Positions 9,997 to 19,472 of a DNA stretch of 64,000 nucleotides are shown one piece after another. The translations under genes and the position numbers were made by a program. The notes under the pieces are model-generated. The model was not told the DNA's origin and did not search any database. It was given only the letters and a program-made list of their open reading frames with translations. Numbering within the stretch: the first letter of the stretch is position 1; every line of letters begins with the position of its first letter. Source of the DNA: an uncultured Gemmatimonadota bacterium (GTDB lineage Bacteria; JAAXHH01); the NCBI GenBank assembly GCA_951812955.1, contig OX638340.1, forward strand, positions 1,248,001 through 1,312,000, written 5' to 3'.

Positions 9997-11289
9997 ATGT
10001 CCGTTCTCGGCCTTACCTGTACCCGTTGCGATGCCCAGTATCCACTGGGACCCATGTTCTTCGGTTGTCCCGCTTGCGCTGACGGCCCGGATCGCGGCAC
10101 TGACGACCCCGGTCATGGCGCGGTCGACCTCGGTCGCGGCGCGGCTGCCTTGACCGTGACCTATGACTACCAGGCGATCGCCGCCGAACTGAACGTGGAG
10201 AACTGGAACCGGGCGGGGCACGGCATCTGGCGGTTCGATGCCCTCCTTCCAATTCGGGATCCGTCTGTTCAGATTTCTCTTGGCGAGGGGAACACGGCCC
10301 TTGTGCGGCCCAGGAAAGTCTGCGAAGCGACCGGGTTGTCGAATCTGTTCATAAAGAACGAAACGACCAATCCCACCTGGGCCTTCAAGGACCGCTTCCA
10401 CGCTTCCTCGGTCTCCATGGCGAAGTCCCTGGGCTTCTCCCGGATTACGGCCAGCACCACGGGCAATCACGGCGCTTCGGCCGCGGCCTATGCCGCTGCC
10501 GCGGAGATGGATTCATGCATCATCCTGTGCCACCCGGAATCATCCATGCTCCAGCGGGACATGATCGCCCTGTACGGTGGTCACGCCTTCGTGCTGGAGA
10601 ACCGGTTCAAGTACCTGGACACGCTGATCCGGGATCATGGCTACTATCCCTCCACGACCATGACGCCGATGCCCACCGGTACGCCCTACGGTATCGAGGG
10701 CTACAAGACCATTGCGTTCGAGATCTTCGTACAGCTCGGTGGCCACGTTCCCGACCGTATGTTCTGTCCGATCGCCGCCGGTGATGCGCTTTTCGGTCCG
10801 TGGAAGGGGTTCAACGAGATGCGCCTGCTCGATCTGTCTGATCGGAATCCGGTCATGCACGGTGTCCAGCCGGCGGGATGCAATCCCTACGTACAGTCGT
10901 TCCAGCAGAGACGCAGGGACGTGATCGTCCATCCGGATCCGAGTTCCATCGCCCTTTCCATTCGCGACGACACCGGCGGCCCCTCGGCGCTGCGGGCCAT
11001 ATACGATTCAGGTGGCGACGCGACCGACGTTACCGAAGACGAGATCATCGAGGCGGTGCGCCTGCTCGCGCACAGCGGGTACCTGGTAGAACCCTCCTCG
11101 GCGGCGTCCGTTGCTGGAGCGATCAAGGCGGCCCGGGCGGGTCGACTCGCCCCGGATGAGACCGTCGTCTGCCTGGTCACCGGATCGGGCGCCAAGTGGC
11201 CGGAGGTCATGGCCGAACTCTCCAGTCGAGAAGCGCTCGTCGAGCCCACGTGGGATGAGATCAAGGCGCGGGCAGGCCTCGACGGCTGA
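9997..11289 (+). CDS. threonine-synthase-like PLP enzyme (fold type II) with N-terminal Cys4 zinc ribbon
   Basis: CTRCDAQYP...FGCPAC ribbon, NPTWAFKDR (PLP lysine), STGNHGASAAAYAA. ATG start confirmed. Confidence 0.75.
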   Translation: MSVLGLTCTRCDAQYPLGPMFFGCPACADGPDRGTDDPGHGAVDLGRGAAALTVTYDYQAIAAELNVENWNRAGHGIWRFDALLPIRDPSVQISLGEGNTALVRPRKVCEATGLSNLFIKNETTNPTWAFKDRFHASSVSMAKSLGFSRITASTTGNHGASAAAYAAAAEMDSCIILCHPESSMLQRDMIALYGGHAFVLENRFKYLDTLIRDHGYYPSTTMTPMPTGTPYGIEGYKTIAFEIFVQLGGHVPDRMFCPIAAGDALFGPWKGFNEMRLLDLSDRNPVMHGVQPAGCNPYVQSFQQRRRDVIVHPDPSSIALSIRDDTGGPSALRAIYDSGGDATDVTEDEIIEAVRLLAHSGYLVEPSSAASVAGAIKAARAGRLAPDETVVCLVTGSGAKWPEVMAELSSREALVEPTWDEIKARAGLDG

Positions 11290-11302
11290 CCACTGCAATA
11301 GC

Positions 11303-13816
11303 ATGGCAATGACCACAACCCTTTATATGCTCGCCGACGACCTCGCCGGCGCTCACGACGTGGCGGTTCCCTTCGCGAAGCGCAACTTCGCCGTGGCCGT
11401 ACTGTCCGATCCGAACCGCCTGGATCGATTCGATTCCGCCGACCTGGTTGTGCTGAACACGAACACCCGTTCCTGCAGCGAGTCGGAAGCCGCGGAACGA
11501 GTCGGCGCGGCCTGCGAAGCGGTACGGGTGCGTAACGGTTCGATTATCTACAAGAAGATCGACTCGACCCTGAGGGGGCATGTCGGCCTCGAAATCGACC
11601 TGGTGAGCGAAATGATGGACTTCAATCTGGCCGTATGCGCACCGGCTTTCCCGGAACTCGGAAGGACCACGGTGGGCGGTTATCAACTGCTCCGCGGCAT
11701 GCCCGTCAGCGGCGCGGACATGGCGGGACCCGACATTCCACCGCAACATGCTTTCATTCCGGATCTACTGCATACCGGCTCCGGCAGGAAGACCGTCCTC
11801 GTCGACTTGAAGACCGTCCAGGAAGGCGCGACGGCCATTCGTGAAGCAGTCGCCTGTTTCAGGGCGGTGCCGGGGACCAGGATAGTGGTGGACATGGCAG
11901 ATCCAACGTGCTGGAACGGGCTGCTGGACGCGGTCCTTGAAAACAGCGTGGTGTCGGCCAGGAGTGGATCTCCAGCGGCCGCCACGGCCACTACGCTGCT
12001 CTGCGGCTCAGGTGGAATGGCCGCCGCGCTCGCCGACAGGTTCGCATCCGCACGGGGTCAGCGGGCGTCGTCAACGACCCTGAAGCCGCGCTTCGATAGC
12101 GTTTCCCCGGAATCCAAAAGCCATCCTGTCCTAGTCTTCGCCTGCAGCCTGCACGCCACGACCGCTCGCCAGGTCGAGCAGGTCAGCGGCCGGGACTCGG
12201 TGGTGACCTGCCCCTTCGATCCCCTGTTGATTGTGGACGAAGGGTCCCGGAACGACGAGGTGGATCGACTGGCAGCACGCGTCGCTGAGGTCCTTGCGAA
12301 TGGACGGAACGCCGTCGTAACACCTGTTCGCCCCGGGCGCGGGGGGCGGCGGGCGTGGCTTGAGAGGTTGTCGGCGGCAACAGCCGGCCGCGATCCCGCG
12401 TCTGCAGTCATCGAGAACCTGGGAGAAGTCGCACGCAGACTGTTAACGAGCGTTCGCCCGGAGGGTCTCATACTCACGGGAGGGGAAACCGCCTGCAGCG
12501 TATTTCACGAACTGAACGCGGATGGCGCCTGGGTCCTCGAAGAGATGGATACCGGCGTTGGCCTGGCCGCTGTCGCGGGTGGTCCCCACGATGGAATGGG
12601 TCTGGTCATTAAGCCCGGATCCTTCGGCGACGAGCGGACGCTGGTGCGGGCCATGGAACGGCTCAATTCGCGTTCCAGCGGCTCGCAGGCAGGCGGCGTC
12701 CGTGCCCGTACCGGCGAAAACAGCAGTGGTGCGGATGATCGGCCGGTTGTCGGGATCACCATGGGCGATCCGAACGGCGTGGGACCGGAAGTCATCGTAA
12801 AGATCCTGTCGCAGGAATGGGTCTACGAACTGTGCCGGCCGCTCGTCATCGGGCATGATGAAGTAATCCGCCGGGTCCTCCCGTTGGCACGGACGGGCTC
12901 CTCCAACGGCTGCGATGGCCGTGATACCGGTCCATGCCTCGGAATCCGCCGGGTCGACCGTCCAGGAAACGGCCGGTACCGCCATGGCAAGGTGGACGTC
13001 ATGAACGCCTGGGAGGTGGAAATCGATAAACTTACTCCAGGCCAAGTACAATCCGAAGCCGGTCGTCTAGCCGTGGAATCCGTCAAGCTGGCCGCCCGCA
13101 TGGCGATGGAGGATGAAATCGACGCCGTGGTCACCGCGCCGATGAATAAGGAAGCCATGGGACTTGCCGGCTATGCCTTCGCCGGTCACACCGAATTGCT
13201 TGCCGAAGCCACCGGATCGGCGAAATTCCGGCTTTCGCTGGCCTTCGACGGGATCCTGGTCTCCCACGCGACGACCCACGTATCCCTGAGAGACGCCATC
13301 GACCGTCTTTCCGAGGAGGAAATCCTCGTCACCGTGGACCTGGTCGGCAACGCGCTGGTCGGCATGGGCGTGACCGCGCCCCGGATCGCCGTCTGCGGTC
13401 TGAATCCCCATGCGGGGGAGGGCGGTCTCTTTGGAGACGAGGAAATTCGGATCATCGAACCTGCGCTCGAAAAGGCACGCGAGAGAGCCGTCAACCGTGG
13501 TTGGCAAATTGTCGGCCCATTGCCGCCCGACACCGTGTTCATGCGGGCTCGAAAGGGCGATTTCGACGGGATCGTCGGCATGTACCACGACCAGGGCCAC
13601 ATTCCGGTCAAGGCCATCGCCTTCGACCGCGCGGTCAACGTGACGCTGGGCCTGCCTATCGTCCGCACTTCCGTGGACCACGGCACCGCATTTGATATCG
13701 CGGGCAGGGGCGTAGCCGACGCGGGCAACCTGGGCGAAGCGCTCAGGATGGCCGTGAAGCTGATCGGCGAACAGTGGTCCGTGGGAAACAGAACAGGAGG
13801 GGGTTCCGCGTCATGA
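11303..13816 (+). CDS. fusion of a DUF1537 four-carbon acid sugar kinase (OtnK/DtnK/4-hydroxythreonine kinase family) and a PdxA/PdxA2-family NAD-dependent 4-phospho-hydroxyacid dehydrogenase
   Basis: N-terminal LADDLAGAHDVAVPFAKRNF and later LTGGETACSVFHELNADG...VIKPGSFG match DUF1537 N and C lobes. After a Ser/Gly linker, GITMGDPNGVGPEVIVKIL, LNPHAGEGGLFGDEEIRIIEPA and MYHDQGHIPVKA match PdxA. Start at ATG just after the thrC-like stop; the ORF-track 11111 start lies inside the previous gene. Confidence 0.8.
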   Translation: MAMTTTLYMLADDLAGAHDVAVPFAKRNFAVAVLSDPNRLDRFDSADLVVLNTNTRSCSESEAAERVGAACEAVRVRNGSIIYKKIDSTLRGHVGLEIDLVSEMMDFNLAVCAPAFPELGRTTVGGYQLLRGMPVSGADMAGPDIPPQHAFIPDLLHTGSGRKTVLVDLKTVQEGATAIREAVACFRAVPGTRIVVDMADPTCWNGLLDAVLENSVVSARSGSPAAATATTLLCGSGGMAAALADRFASARGQRASSTTLKPRFDSVSPESKSHPVLVFACSLHATTARQVEQVSGRDSVVTCPFDPLLIVDEGSRNDEVDRLAARVAEVLANGRNAVVTPVRPGRGGRRAWLERLSAATAGRDPASAVIENLGEVARRLLTSVRPEGLILTGGETACSVFHELNADGAWVLEEMDTGVGLAAVAGGPHDGMGLVIKPGSFGDERTLVRAMERLNSRSSGSQAGGVRARTGENSSGADDRPVVGITMGDPNGVGPEVIVKILSQEWVYELCRPLVIGHDEVIRRVLPLARTGSSNGCDGRDTGPCLGIRRVDRPGNGRYRHGKVDVMNAWEVEIDKLTPGQVQSEAGRLAVESVKLAARMAMEDEIDAVVTAPMNKEAMGLAGYAFAGHTELLAEATGSAKFRLSLAFDGILVSHATTHVSLRDAIDRLSEEEILVTVDLVGNALVGMGVTAPRIAVCGLNPHAGEGGLFGDEEIRIIEPALEKARERAVNRGWQIVGPLPPDTVFMRARKGDFDGIVGMYHDQGHIPVKAIAFDRAVNVTLGLPIVRTSVDHGTAFDIAGRGVADAGNLGEALRMAVKLIGEQWSVGNRTGGGSAS

Positions 13817-15615
13817 AGTCCAAACACCTGGGCCGTGACGGACGGTCCAAGGACTCCGGCCCGAAGGACGCCGCCGGAAGCCATATTTTTTTGCCGAAAA
13901 AGTCTCCTGCCGCCGGCCTACGCCGTTCGTCCATCTCCGGCCGGTGGTATCCGGCTATCCTTGCGGCTGCCTTCCTGGGATGCGCGGGCGTGCTGGTCGC
14001 CCGAACCTTGCCGATGATCCCGCAGGGCGACGCCCCGGTCTTCAACTCCATCGGCAAGCAGTTGCCGCCCGATGCTGCGCCGCTCGAATTCCAGACCTAC
14101 CGGTTCATGCGCGACGAGCCCCGAAGCCTGGACGTCAGCGTCAATCTCTACGTGGGGCAGTGGAACGAGTTCCTCTTCGAGACCCTGGTCGCGAAGGACG
14201 AAAACGGCGACCTCATCCCGGCCGCGGCGGATCGCTGGGAGATCTCGCCCGACGGAAAAACCTGGACCTTCTTCCTGCGGAAAACGGGACGGTGGAGCGA
14301 CGGAAGGCCCGTCACGGCCCACGATTTCGTTTACACTTTCCGCCGTTCCCTGTCCTACGAGACGGCCAATCCATACGCCGCCTTCTACAGCGACATCGTG
14401 GGCGCAAAAACCTACAGCCAGACCCCTAACGCCGATCCCTCCATGCTGGGCGTCAGGGCGATCGACGACCATACGCTGACGGTCGAAACCACCCACCCGG
14501 CGCCCTACCTCGGCCTCATCCTTTCCGTCCCCACTTCCATGCCAGTGCCCCGGTGGCAGGTGGAAAAGCATGGTCCCAGATGGACCGAGGAAGGGAATTG
14601 CGTATCCAACTCGAGCTATCGATTGACGGAGTGGAAACATGGCAGCCACATGGATTTCGAACTCAATCCCCACTACGACGGTCCCATCAAGGGCTATGTG
14701 GAAAAAATAAACCGGGTATTCCGTCATCCGTCTACGGCCAACCTGCTCCCTTATGAAAACGACGAGGTGGGTTTTGCCGAGGTGCAGGCCAACGAATTGA
14801 TTCGCGTGCAGCGCGACCCCGGATTGCATGCGGAACTGATCTCGAATCCGACGGACGGCACGTGGTACATCTTCTTTAATACACGGCAACCGCCCTTCAG
14901 CGATGCCAGGGTCCGGCGCGCCATCGCCCGGGCCATCGATCGCGAGACGATCTGCCGCGTAGTGCTGCACGGCGCCGCGGTTCCCGCCTATTCCATGCTG
15001 CCGGTCACGTTCGACGCCCACGGCGACTACAGGGAGTTCCAGGAGTTCGATCCGTCAAAGGCGCGGGAACTCCTGGCCGATGCGGGGTATCCCGGCGGCC
15101 GTGGATTCCCCAGGATGGAGATGTGGCTCCGGCAGCCGAGGCCGGATATCAGGATGGTCGCGGAAGTGATCCAGGGCATGCTGAATGAGCACCTGGGCGT
15201 CGATATCACGTTCCGAAGCGCGGATTACCCGGTTTTCACCAATTACATGTTCAACTGGAACATCGATCTTGGACTGGTGCCCTTCTTCGGGGATTACCGC
15301 GATCCCAAGAACATGCTGGACATGATCTGGCGCCCCGGAACCCGCGGGCGCAGCCGACACGATTTCGAGCACACGGAATTCGAGGCGTTGCTGGACGCCG
15401 CGGATCAGGAAATAGATCCGGATAAACGGACCGGGATCTTCCGCCGGGCAGAGCGCATCCTGGTAGAGGAATCGGGAGCCGCTTTCGTCTTCCACCCCAT
15501 GGCCAATTCCCTGTTCAAGCCATGGCTCAGGGGACTCAAAACCAACCGATTCGGCGGAAAAACCGTGATCTTCACAGATTTATATATCGGCGAGGATTTT
15601 TCCGGGGCGAGGTAG
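13813..15615 (+). CDS. ABC transporter solute-binding protein, family 5 (DppA/OppA-like), orphan (no permease/ATPase genes adjacent)
   Basis: ~600 aa with signal-like N-terminus (WYPAILAAAFLGCAGVLVA) and family-5 SBP length and blocks. ATGA overlap with the preceding fusion gene (translational coupling). Confidence 0.8.
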   Translation: MKSKHLGRDGRSKDSGPKDAAGSHIFLPKKSPAAGLRRSSISGRWYPAILAAAFLGCAGVLVARTLPMIPQGDAPVFNSIGKQLPPDAAPLEFQTYRFMRDEPRSLDVSVNLYVGQWNEFLFETLVAKDENGDLIPAAADRWEISPDGKTWTFFLRKTGRWSDGRPVTAHDFVYTFRRSLSYETANPYAAFYSDIVGAKTYSQTPNADPSMLGVRAIDDHTLTVETTHPAPYLGLILSVPTSMPVPRWQVEKHGPRWTEEGNCVSNSSYRLTEWKHGSHMDFELNPHYDGPIKGYVEKINRVFRHPSTANLLPYENDEVGFAEVQANELIRVQRDPGLHAELISNPTDGTWYIFFNTRQPPFSDARVRRAIARAIDRETICRVVLHGAAVPAYSMLPVTFDAHGDYREFQEFDPSKARELLADAGYPGGRGFPRMEMWLRQPRPDIRMVAEVIQGMLNEHLGVDITFRSADYPVFTNYMFNWNIDLGLVPFFGDYRDPKNMLDMIWRPGTRGRSRHDFEHTEFEALLDAADQEIDPDKRTGIFRRAERILVEESGAAFVFHPMANSLFKPWLRGLKTNRFGGKTVIFTDLYIGEDFSGAR

Positions 15616-15687
15616 GACTTCGGGGCAGGGCGATGCAAGGCGAGCGAAGCGTCCCGAGGGGGACACTCGCCGCCATCAGGCCGCCGA

Positions 15688-15777
15688 TTACTTCTTCTTA
15701 TGCCTGTCGGCCCGCAAGCGTTTCTTGCGCTTATGGGTAGCGATCTTCGACCGCTTACGCTTCTTACCACTGGGCAC
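15688..15777 (-). CDS. ribosomal protein bS22-like mini-protein (Bacteroidetes/Actinobacteria type)
   Basis: Not in the ORF track (29 aa). Minus-strand GTG...TAA encodes MPSGKKRKRSKIATHKRKKRLRADRHKKK, immediately downstream of HU with AAGGGAG upstream. Closely resembles the Flavobacteria/Mycobacteria bS22 family from memory. Confidence 0.55.
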   Translation of the reverse strand: MPSGKKRKRSKIATHKRKKRLRADRHKKK

Positions 15778-15794
15778 GTCTGTCTCCCTTTGTG

Positions 15795-16076
15795 TTAGTT
15801 TTCCTTCTGTACACGGTTTTTAAGATGATCTGACGGTTTGAAAACAGGCACCACGCACGGCGGGATCCTGATCCCCGTACCGGTCTTCGGATTGCGGGCG
15901 ACGCGCGCCTTCCTTTCCTTCACCTTGAATATACCGAATCCACGCAGTTCAATCTTCTCGCCCCTGCCTAGTGCCGACGAGATGGAATCCAGCAACGCGT
16001 TCAACACTTCAGCTGTGTCCACCTTGGTCATCCCCGTGGACTGCGCTATTCGTGCCACGATATCGGCCTTAGTCAT
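15795..16076 (-). CDS. hup: HU-family DNA-binding protein
   Basis: MTKADIVARIAQ...RGFGIFKVKERKARVARNPKTGTGIRIPPCVVPVFKPSDHLKNRV. Strong AAGGAG RBS. Confidence 0.9.
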   Translation of the reverse strand: MTKADIVARIAQSTGMTKVDTAEVLNALLDSISSALGRGEKIELRGFGIFKVKERKARVARNPKTGTGIRIPPCVVPVFKPSDHLKNRVQKEN

Positions 16077-16106
16077 ACCATTCTCCTTGATCGTTGGTGT
16101 TGCCGT

Positions 16107-16985
16107 TCAGCGATACCGGTATTCGACGATTCCCGGTGAATACAGACTTGTCACCGAATCCATGTTATCCATCAGCAATTCGAAAAAGGATTTGGGGCGT
16201 TGCCGGACCACGTTGGGTTTGCCCGGAAGACCGGCCATCCTGCCGGCCATGGCGATCGCGTCCTGGTAGGTTCCCAGGCGGTCCACGAGCCGCAGGGGAA
16301 GTGCCTGATTGCCCGTGTATATCCGCCCGTCGGCCAGTTCAACGACTTCTTCCCGCGAAAGCGGCCTGAATTGCGTGACCGCTTCGACGAACTGATCGTA
16401 GACATCGTCCACAACCGACTGGAGCAGTCCAACCTCCGTATCCGTCATGCCCCGGGCAACCGAACCGATATCCTTGTGCCTTCCGCTCTTTACGACCTGC
16501 CAGTCGATACCCACCTTTTCCAGCAGGCCTTCGGCTTGCGGTACCACCATGATCACGCCGATACTGCCCGTTAGCGTACCCGGATTGGCCATGATGGAAT
16601 CCGCCGCGCAGGCAATATAGTAACCGCCCGACGCAGCCACGCTTCCCATGGACGCCACGATGACCTTTCCCGCTTCACGGGTCTTCCGCAGTTCATCGAA
16701 GATCTCCTGCGTGGGGGCCACGGCGCCGCCGGGACTCTCGACGCGTAGCACTACGGCCCGCACGGAATCGTCCTCGCGATACTTGATGATCTGGCTGACC
16801 GTGTCGTCGGACCGGGTGATCGGACCCCTGACTTCGACCAGTGCGACCCGGCCATCGCCCATGCCGGAAAAGGACTTTTCACTGCTCAACATGGGACCGA
16901 CGATCAGCAGCACCATGACGATGGCGATAACCAGTACCCCGCCGCCGAGCATTCCGCCGATAATCCAGTCTGATTTTCGAGCCAT
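16107..16985 (-). CDS. sppA: signal peptide peptidase SppA (S49, 36K type)
   Basis: N-terminal TM then VALVEVRGPI..., VVLRVESPGG, ASMGSVAASGGYYIA (Ser nucleophile), SIGVIMV. The ORF-track start at 17000 is TTG; ATG at 16985 with GGAG upstream preferred. Confidence 0.8.
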   Translation of the reverse strand: MARKSDWIIGGMLGGGVLVIAIVMVLLIVGPMLSSEKSFSGMGDGRVALVEVRGPITRSDDTVSQIIKYREDDSVRAVVLRVESPGGAVAPTQEIFDELRKTREAGKVIVASMGSVAASGGYYIACAADSIMANPGTLTGSIGVIMVVPQAEGLLEKVGIDWQVVKSGRHKDIGSVARGMTDTEVGLLQSVVDDVYDQFVEAVTQFRPLSREEVVELADGRIYTGNQALPLRLVDRLGTYQDAIAMAGRMAGLPGKPNVVRQRPKSFFELLMDNMDSVTSLYSPGIVEYRYR

Positions 16986-17045
16986 TACAATGCTCCGCAA
17001 TCCCGCGTCGCGTACAAATTCCAGTACAGTCCAGGATCATTTTGG

Positions 17046-17075
17046 ACGTGATATTCCGTGATCAAAATATCACGT
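17046..17075. promoter_or_regulatory. perfect 10-bp inverted repeat ACGTGATATT-N10-AATATCACGT in the AT-rich mltD-sppA intergenic region
   Basis: Read directly. Not followed by a U-tract in the transcribed (minus) direction, so more likely an operator than an intrinsic terminator. Confidence 0.3.
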
Positions 17076-17098
17076 TAGTTTAAGTATGTCAATGACTT

Positions 17099-18919
17099 TT
17101 AGGAATCGGACGGATCGATGTGGAGCCGGTCGCCGGGGTGTATGGCGCTGCGCCGGCCCAGTCCGTTCGTCCTGCGCAGTGCGCTCACGGTCACGTTGTG
17201 GGCCCGCGCGATTTCCCAGAGGGTGTCGCCGGGTTTTACGGTGTAGATGATGGTGCCGGGCGCCGATGCGCTGCCCGCGCCGCGATTCGTTCCGTCTCCC
17301 GTACCGGACGTTCGAGTCGAGGACGAAGCGCCTCCGTCCGCGGCGCCGCGCGGCCGCGGGACATAGATGGTCAGGCTGCGGCCGGCAATGATATCACCCG
17401 GATTGTTCAGCTTGTTCCAGTCCTGCAGGTTTGCCATGGAAACGCTGTATCTTCTTCCGATACGTGCCAGCGTATCGCCCCGCCTGATCCGGTAGGATAT
17501 GGCTCGATGGGTCGCTGGATCGGGCGGTGCTACGTCCCTGGGCCGCCGATTTGAAATGGATCGATTCGACGAACGGATCGACGAGCCGAATAGCGGTATG
17601 GCGAGCACCTGGCCGATCCGCAGCCGGTTAGGACGGCGTATGCTGTTTTCGACGACGATATCCCTCGTACTTACTCCGAAACGGCGGGAAATACGCCCCA
17701 GGGTGTCTCCTCTCCGGACTTTGTAAAACGCCATGTCGGATGGATCCGGTCCGGGCGGTTCGATGCCGGCCCACGTGGTGTAGGACCGCTTCGTTCCCAG
17801 CGGAACGTTGAGGTCGAACCCCGGCACAGCCTTCCAGCGGCGCAGTTCCGGGTTCAGTTCACGCAGTTTCTCGACCTGGATCTTCATGCCCTCGGCCACT
17901 TCTTCCAATACCATGGCCCGCTGCACCGGAACGGATTCGTGTATCAGCGGCAGGCCTCCCAGGGGATCGAATCCATATTCCTCCGGCGTCTTTGCGATGA
18001 CGGCCGACGCCATGACGAAGGCAACGAAGTGAATCGAACGGCCGGGCAGTCTCATGTTCCAGAGACTCAGGCCTTGCGCTGTTCGCACCGGCTCGGATCC
18101 GGCATGGTGCGCCGCCATTACGAGATCCCAACTGCCCAGTTCCAGATAGAGATCCTTGAACCTGGCCACCGCCGCGCGCGTGGACTTCTCAGGATCGTAA
18201 CGCTCGTCGACCTCGTCGCTTCGGGCCAGGCCGTAACGGTCCGCGTCTTCCAGAGAAAGTTGCCACAAACCCGCCCTGCCATCTCCGGAGCGCGCCCTGG
18301 GGTCGAAGCCGCTTTCGACCATGGCGACGTAGACCAGGTCGTCCGGAAGACCGGATCTGGAAAGAATCGACTGGATCATGGCCCGGTACCGGTTCGTCCG
18401 GCTCAGCCACCCTGTGAAAATGCCGGAAGCATCGTTCCGCAGGACTTGAATCGCCCTTTTCACCCGGTCGTCGTAGCTTATGGGAACGTCGAACCGGCCG
18501 AAATCGGGCCATGGTGGTTCAACCGCTGGAACGCGGTCAAATCCATCCACGTAGGATGCGAGGAGTGAAAAACCTTCGGCGCCGGACCTTTCTTCGAGGT
18601 AAGTGTCCGTCGTCGAACCCGCATCCGCCGTGACGGAATCGGTTGCAGGATGGCGCTCCCTCGCGTCGGAATCCGCGGTGATTCCCTGATTTCCTTCAAA
18701 GGCCGTAGTCGCGCTAGTATCGGGTAAATGGAAAGGAGCATACAAAAATACCGACGCTGAAATCGAAGTAGCGTCGGTTGGCGAGTCCACGGCGGCGGGG
18801 GAGGCCGCATGGAGGACGGCGTGAGACGGGCACAGGAAAGCCAGGCAGATCGTCAGCCGCCACAGGGTGCGTAAACGGCTGGCCGGTATACTGCGATTTA
18901 CCGTGCAGATGGTACTGAG
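17099..18919 (-). CDS. membrane-bound lytic murein transglycosylase (MltD-like): SLT domain plus three C-terminal LysM domains
   Basis: VYVAMVESGFDPRARSGDGRAGLWQL (SLT catalytic Glu block). Three LysM units: YKVRRGDTLGRISRRFGVS, YRIRRGDTLARIGRRYSVS, YTVKPGDTLWEIARAHNVT. Start set at the ATG that precedes a signal peptide (RLRTLWRLTICLAFLCPSHAVLHAA); ATG at 19039 is the alternative. Confidence 0.8.
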   Translation of the reverse strand, partial: LSTICTVNRSIPASRLRTLWRLTICLAFLCPSHAVLHAASPAAVDSPTDATSISASVFLYAPFHLPDTSATTAFEGNQGITADSDARERHPATDSVTADAGSTTDTYLEERSGAEGFSLLASYVDGFDRVPAVEPPWPDFGRFDVPISYDDRVKRAIQVLRNDASGIFTGWLSRTNRYRAMIQSILSRSGLPDDLVYVAMVESGFDPRARSGDGRAGLWQLSLEDADRYGLARSDEVDERYDPEKSTRAAVARFKDLYLELGSWDLVMAAHHAGSEPVRTAQGLSLWNMRLPGRSIHFVAFVMASAVIAKTPEEYGFDPLGGLPLIHESVPVQRAMVLEEVAEGMKIQVEKLRELNPELRRWKAVPGFDLNVPLGTKRSYTTWAGIEPPGPDPSDMAFYKVRRGDTLGRISRRFGVSTRDIVVENSIRRPNRLRIGQVLAIPLFGSSIRSSNRSISNRRPRDVAPPDPATHRAISYRIRRGDTLARIGRRYSVSMANLQDWNKLNNPGDIIAGRSLTIYVPRPRGAADGGASSSTRTSGTGDGTNRGAGSASAPGTIIYTVKPGDTLWEIARAHNVTVSALRRTNGLGRRSAIHPGDRLHIDPSDS

Positions 18920-19046
18920 CATAGTGAGCGCTGTATACGAAAATCCGACTGCGTTCGATGGATCTTTACAGGCCGATGGGTCGGCCGGAACCTCGGTCAG
19001 TCCAACAGGCACTGACATTCGGGATGAGGTCGCCACCATCGGGTAG

Positions 19047-19119
19047 TGGAGCTGAGCGGGATCGAACCGCTGACCTCATGAATGCCATTCATGCGCTCTC
19101 CCAGCTGAGCTACAGCCCC
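19047..19119 (-). tRNA. tRNA-Ala (anticodon GGC)
   Basis: Reverse complement is GGGGCTGTAGCTCAGCTGGGAGAGCGCATGAATGGCATTCATGAGGTCAGCGGTTCGATCCCGCTCAGCTCCA. It folds as a cloverleaf with a G3:U70 Ala identity pair and anticodon loop ATGGCAT. No encoded CCA. Confidence 0.85.
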
Positions 19120-19472
19120 TGACGCCGCTAAAAATATGAACAGGACAGGAGACTGTCAAGTGAAAACCTCGCGCGGATGCAGTCGCTGAAAGTGCAGGAT
19201 GCCGCCGTGGATAAAGCGCGGGCGACACCTCGGAACTAACGCGGATGCCGCCGCAAATGGATACGTTTGCAACCCAGATCGAAATCAAGATTACCGCTTG
19301 ATGTCGACGGAGTTCCTGATTAACGTCGAGGTACCGGGCACGCCTTCAGTCCGCGCGGCGGATCGACGCCGGAATCCTGTGTATTCACGTTGGCAATTGC
19401 AGTCATCGACGAATCGGGGGCGTGCCGGAATAGCGGTCGGTACCCCTATGTTCATCGAAAGGCCATAGATTC

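Noticed and set aside
15616-15687. Possible bidirectional terminator GGCGAG-N22-CTCGCC between the convergent SBP and bS22 genes
   Set aside because: The stem is only 6 bp with a 22-nt loop and no U-tract. It is too weak to call.
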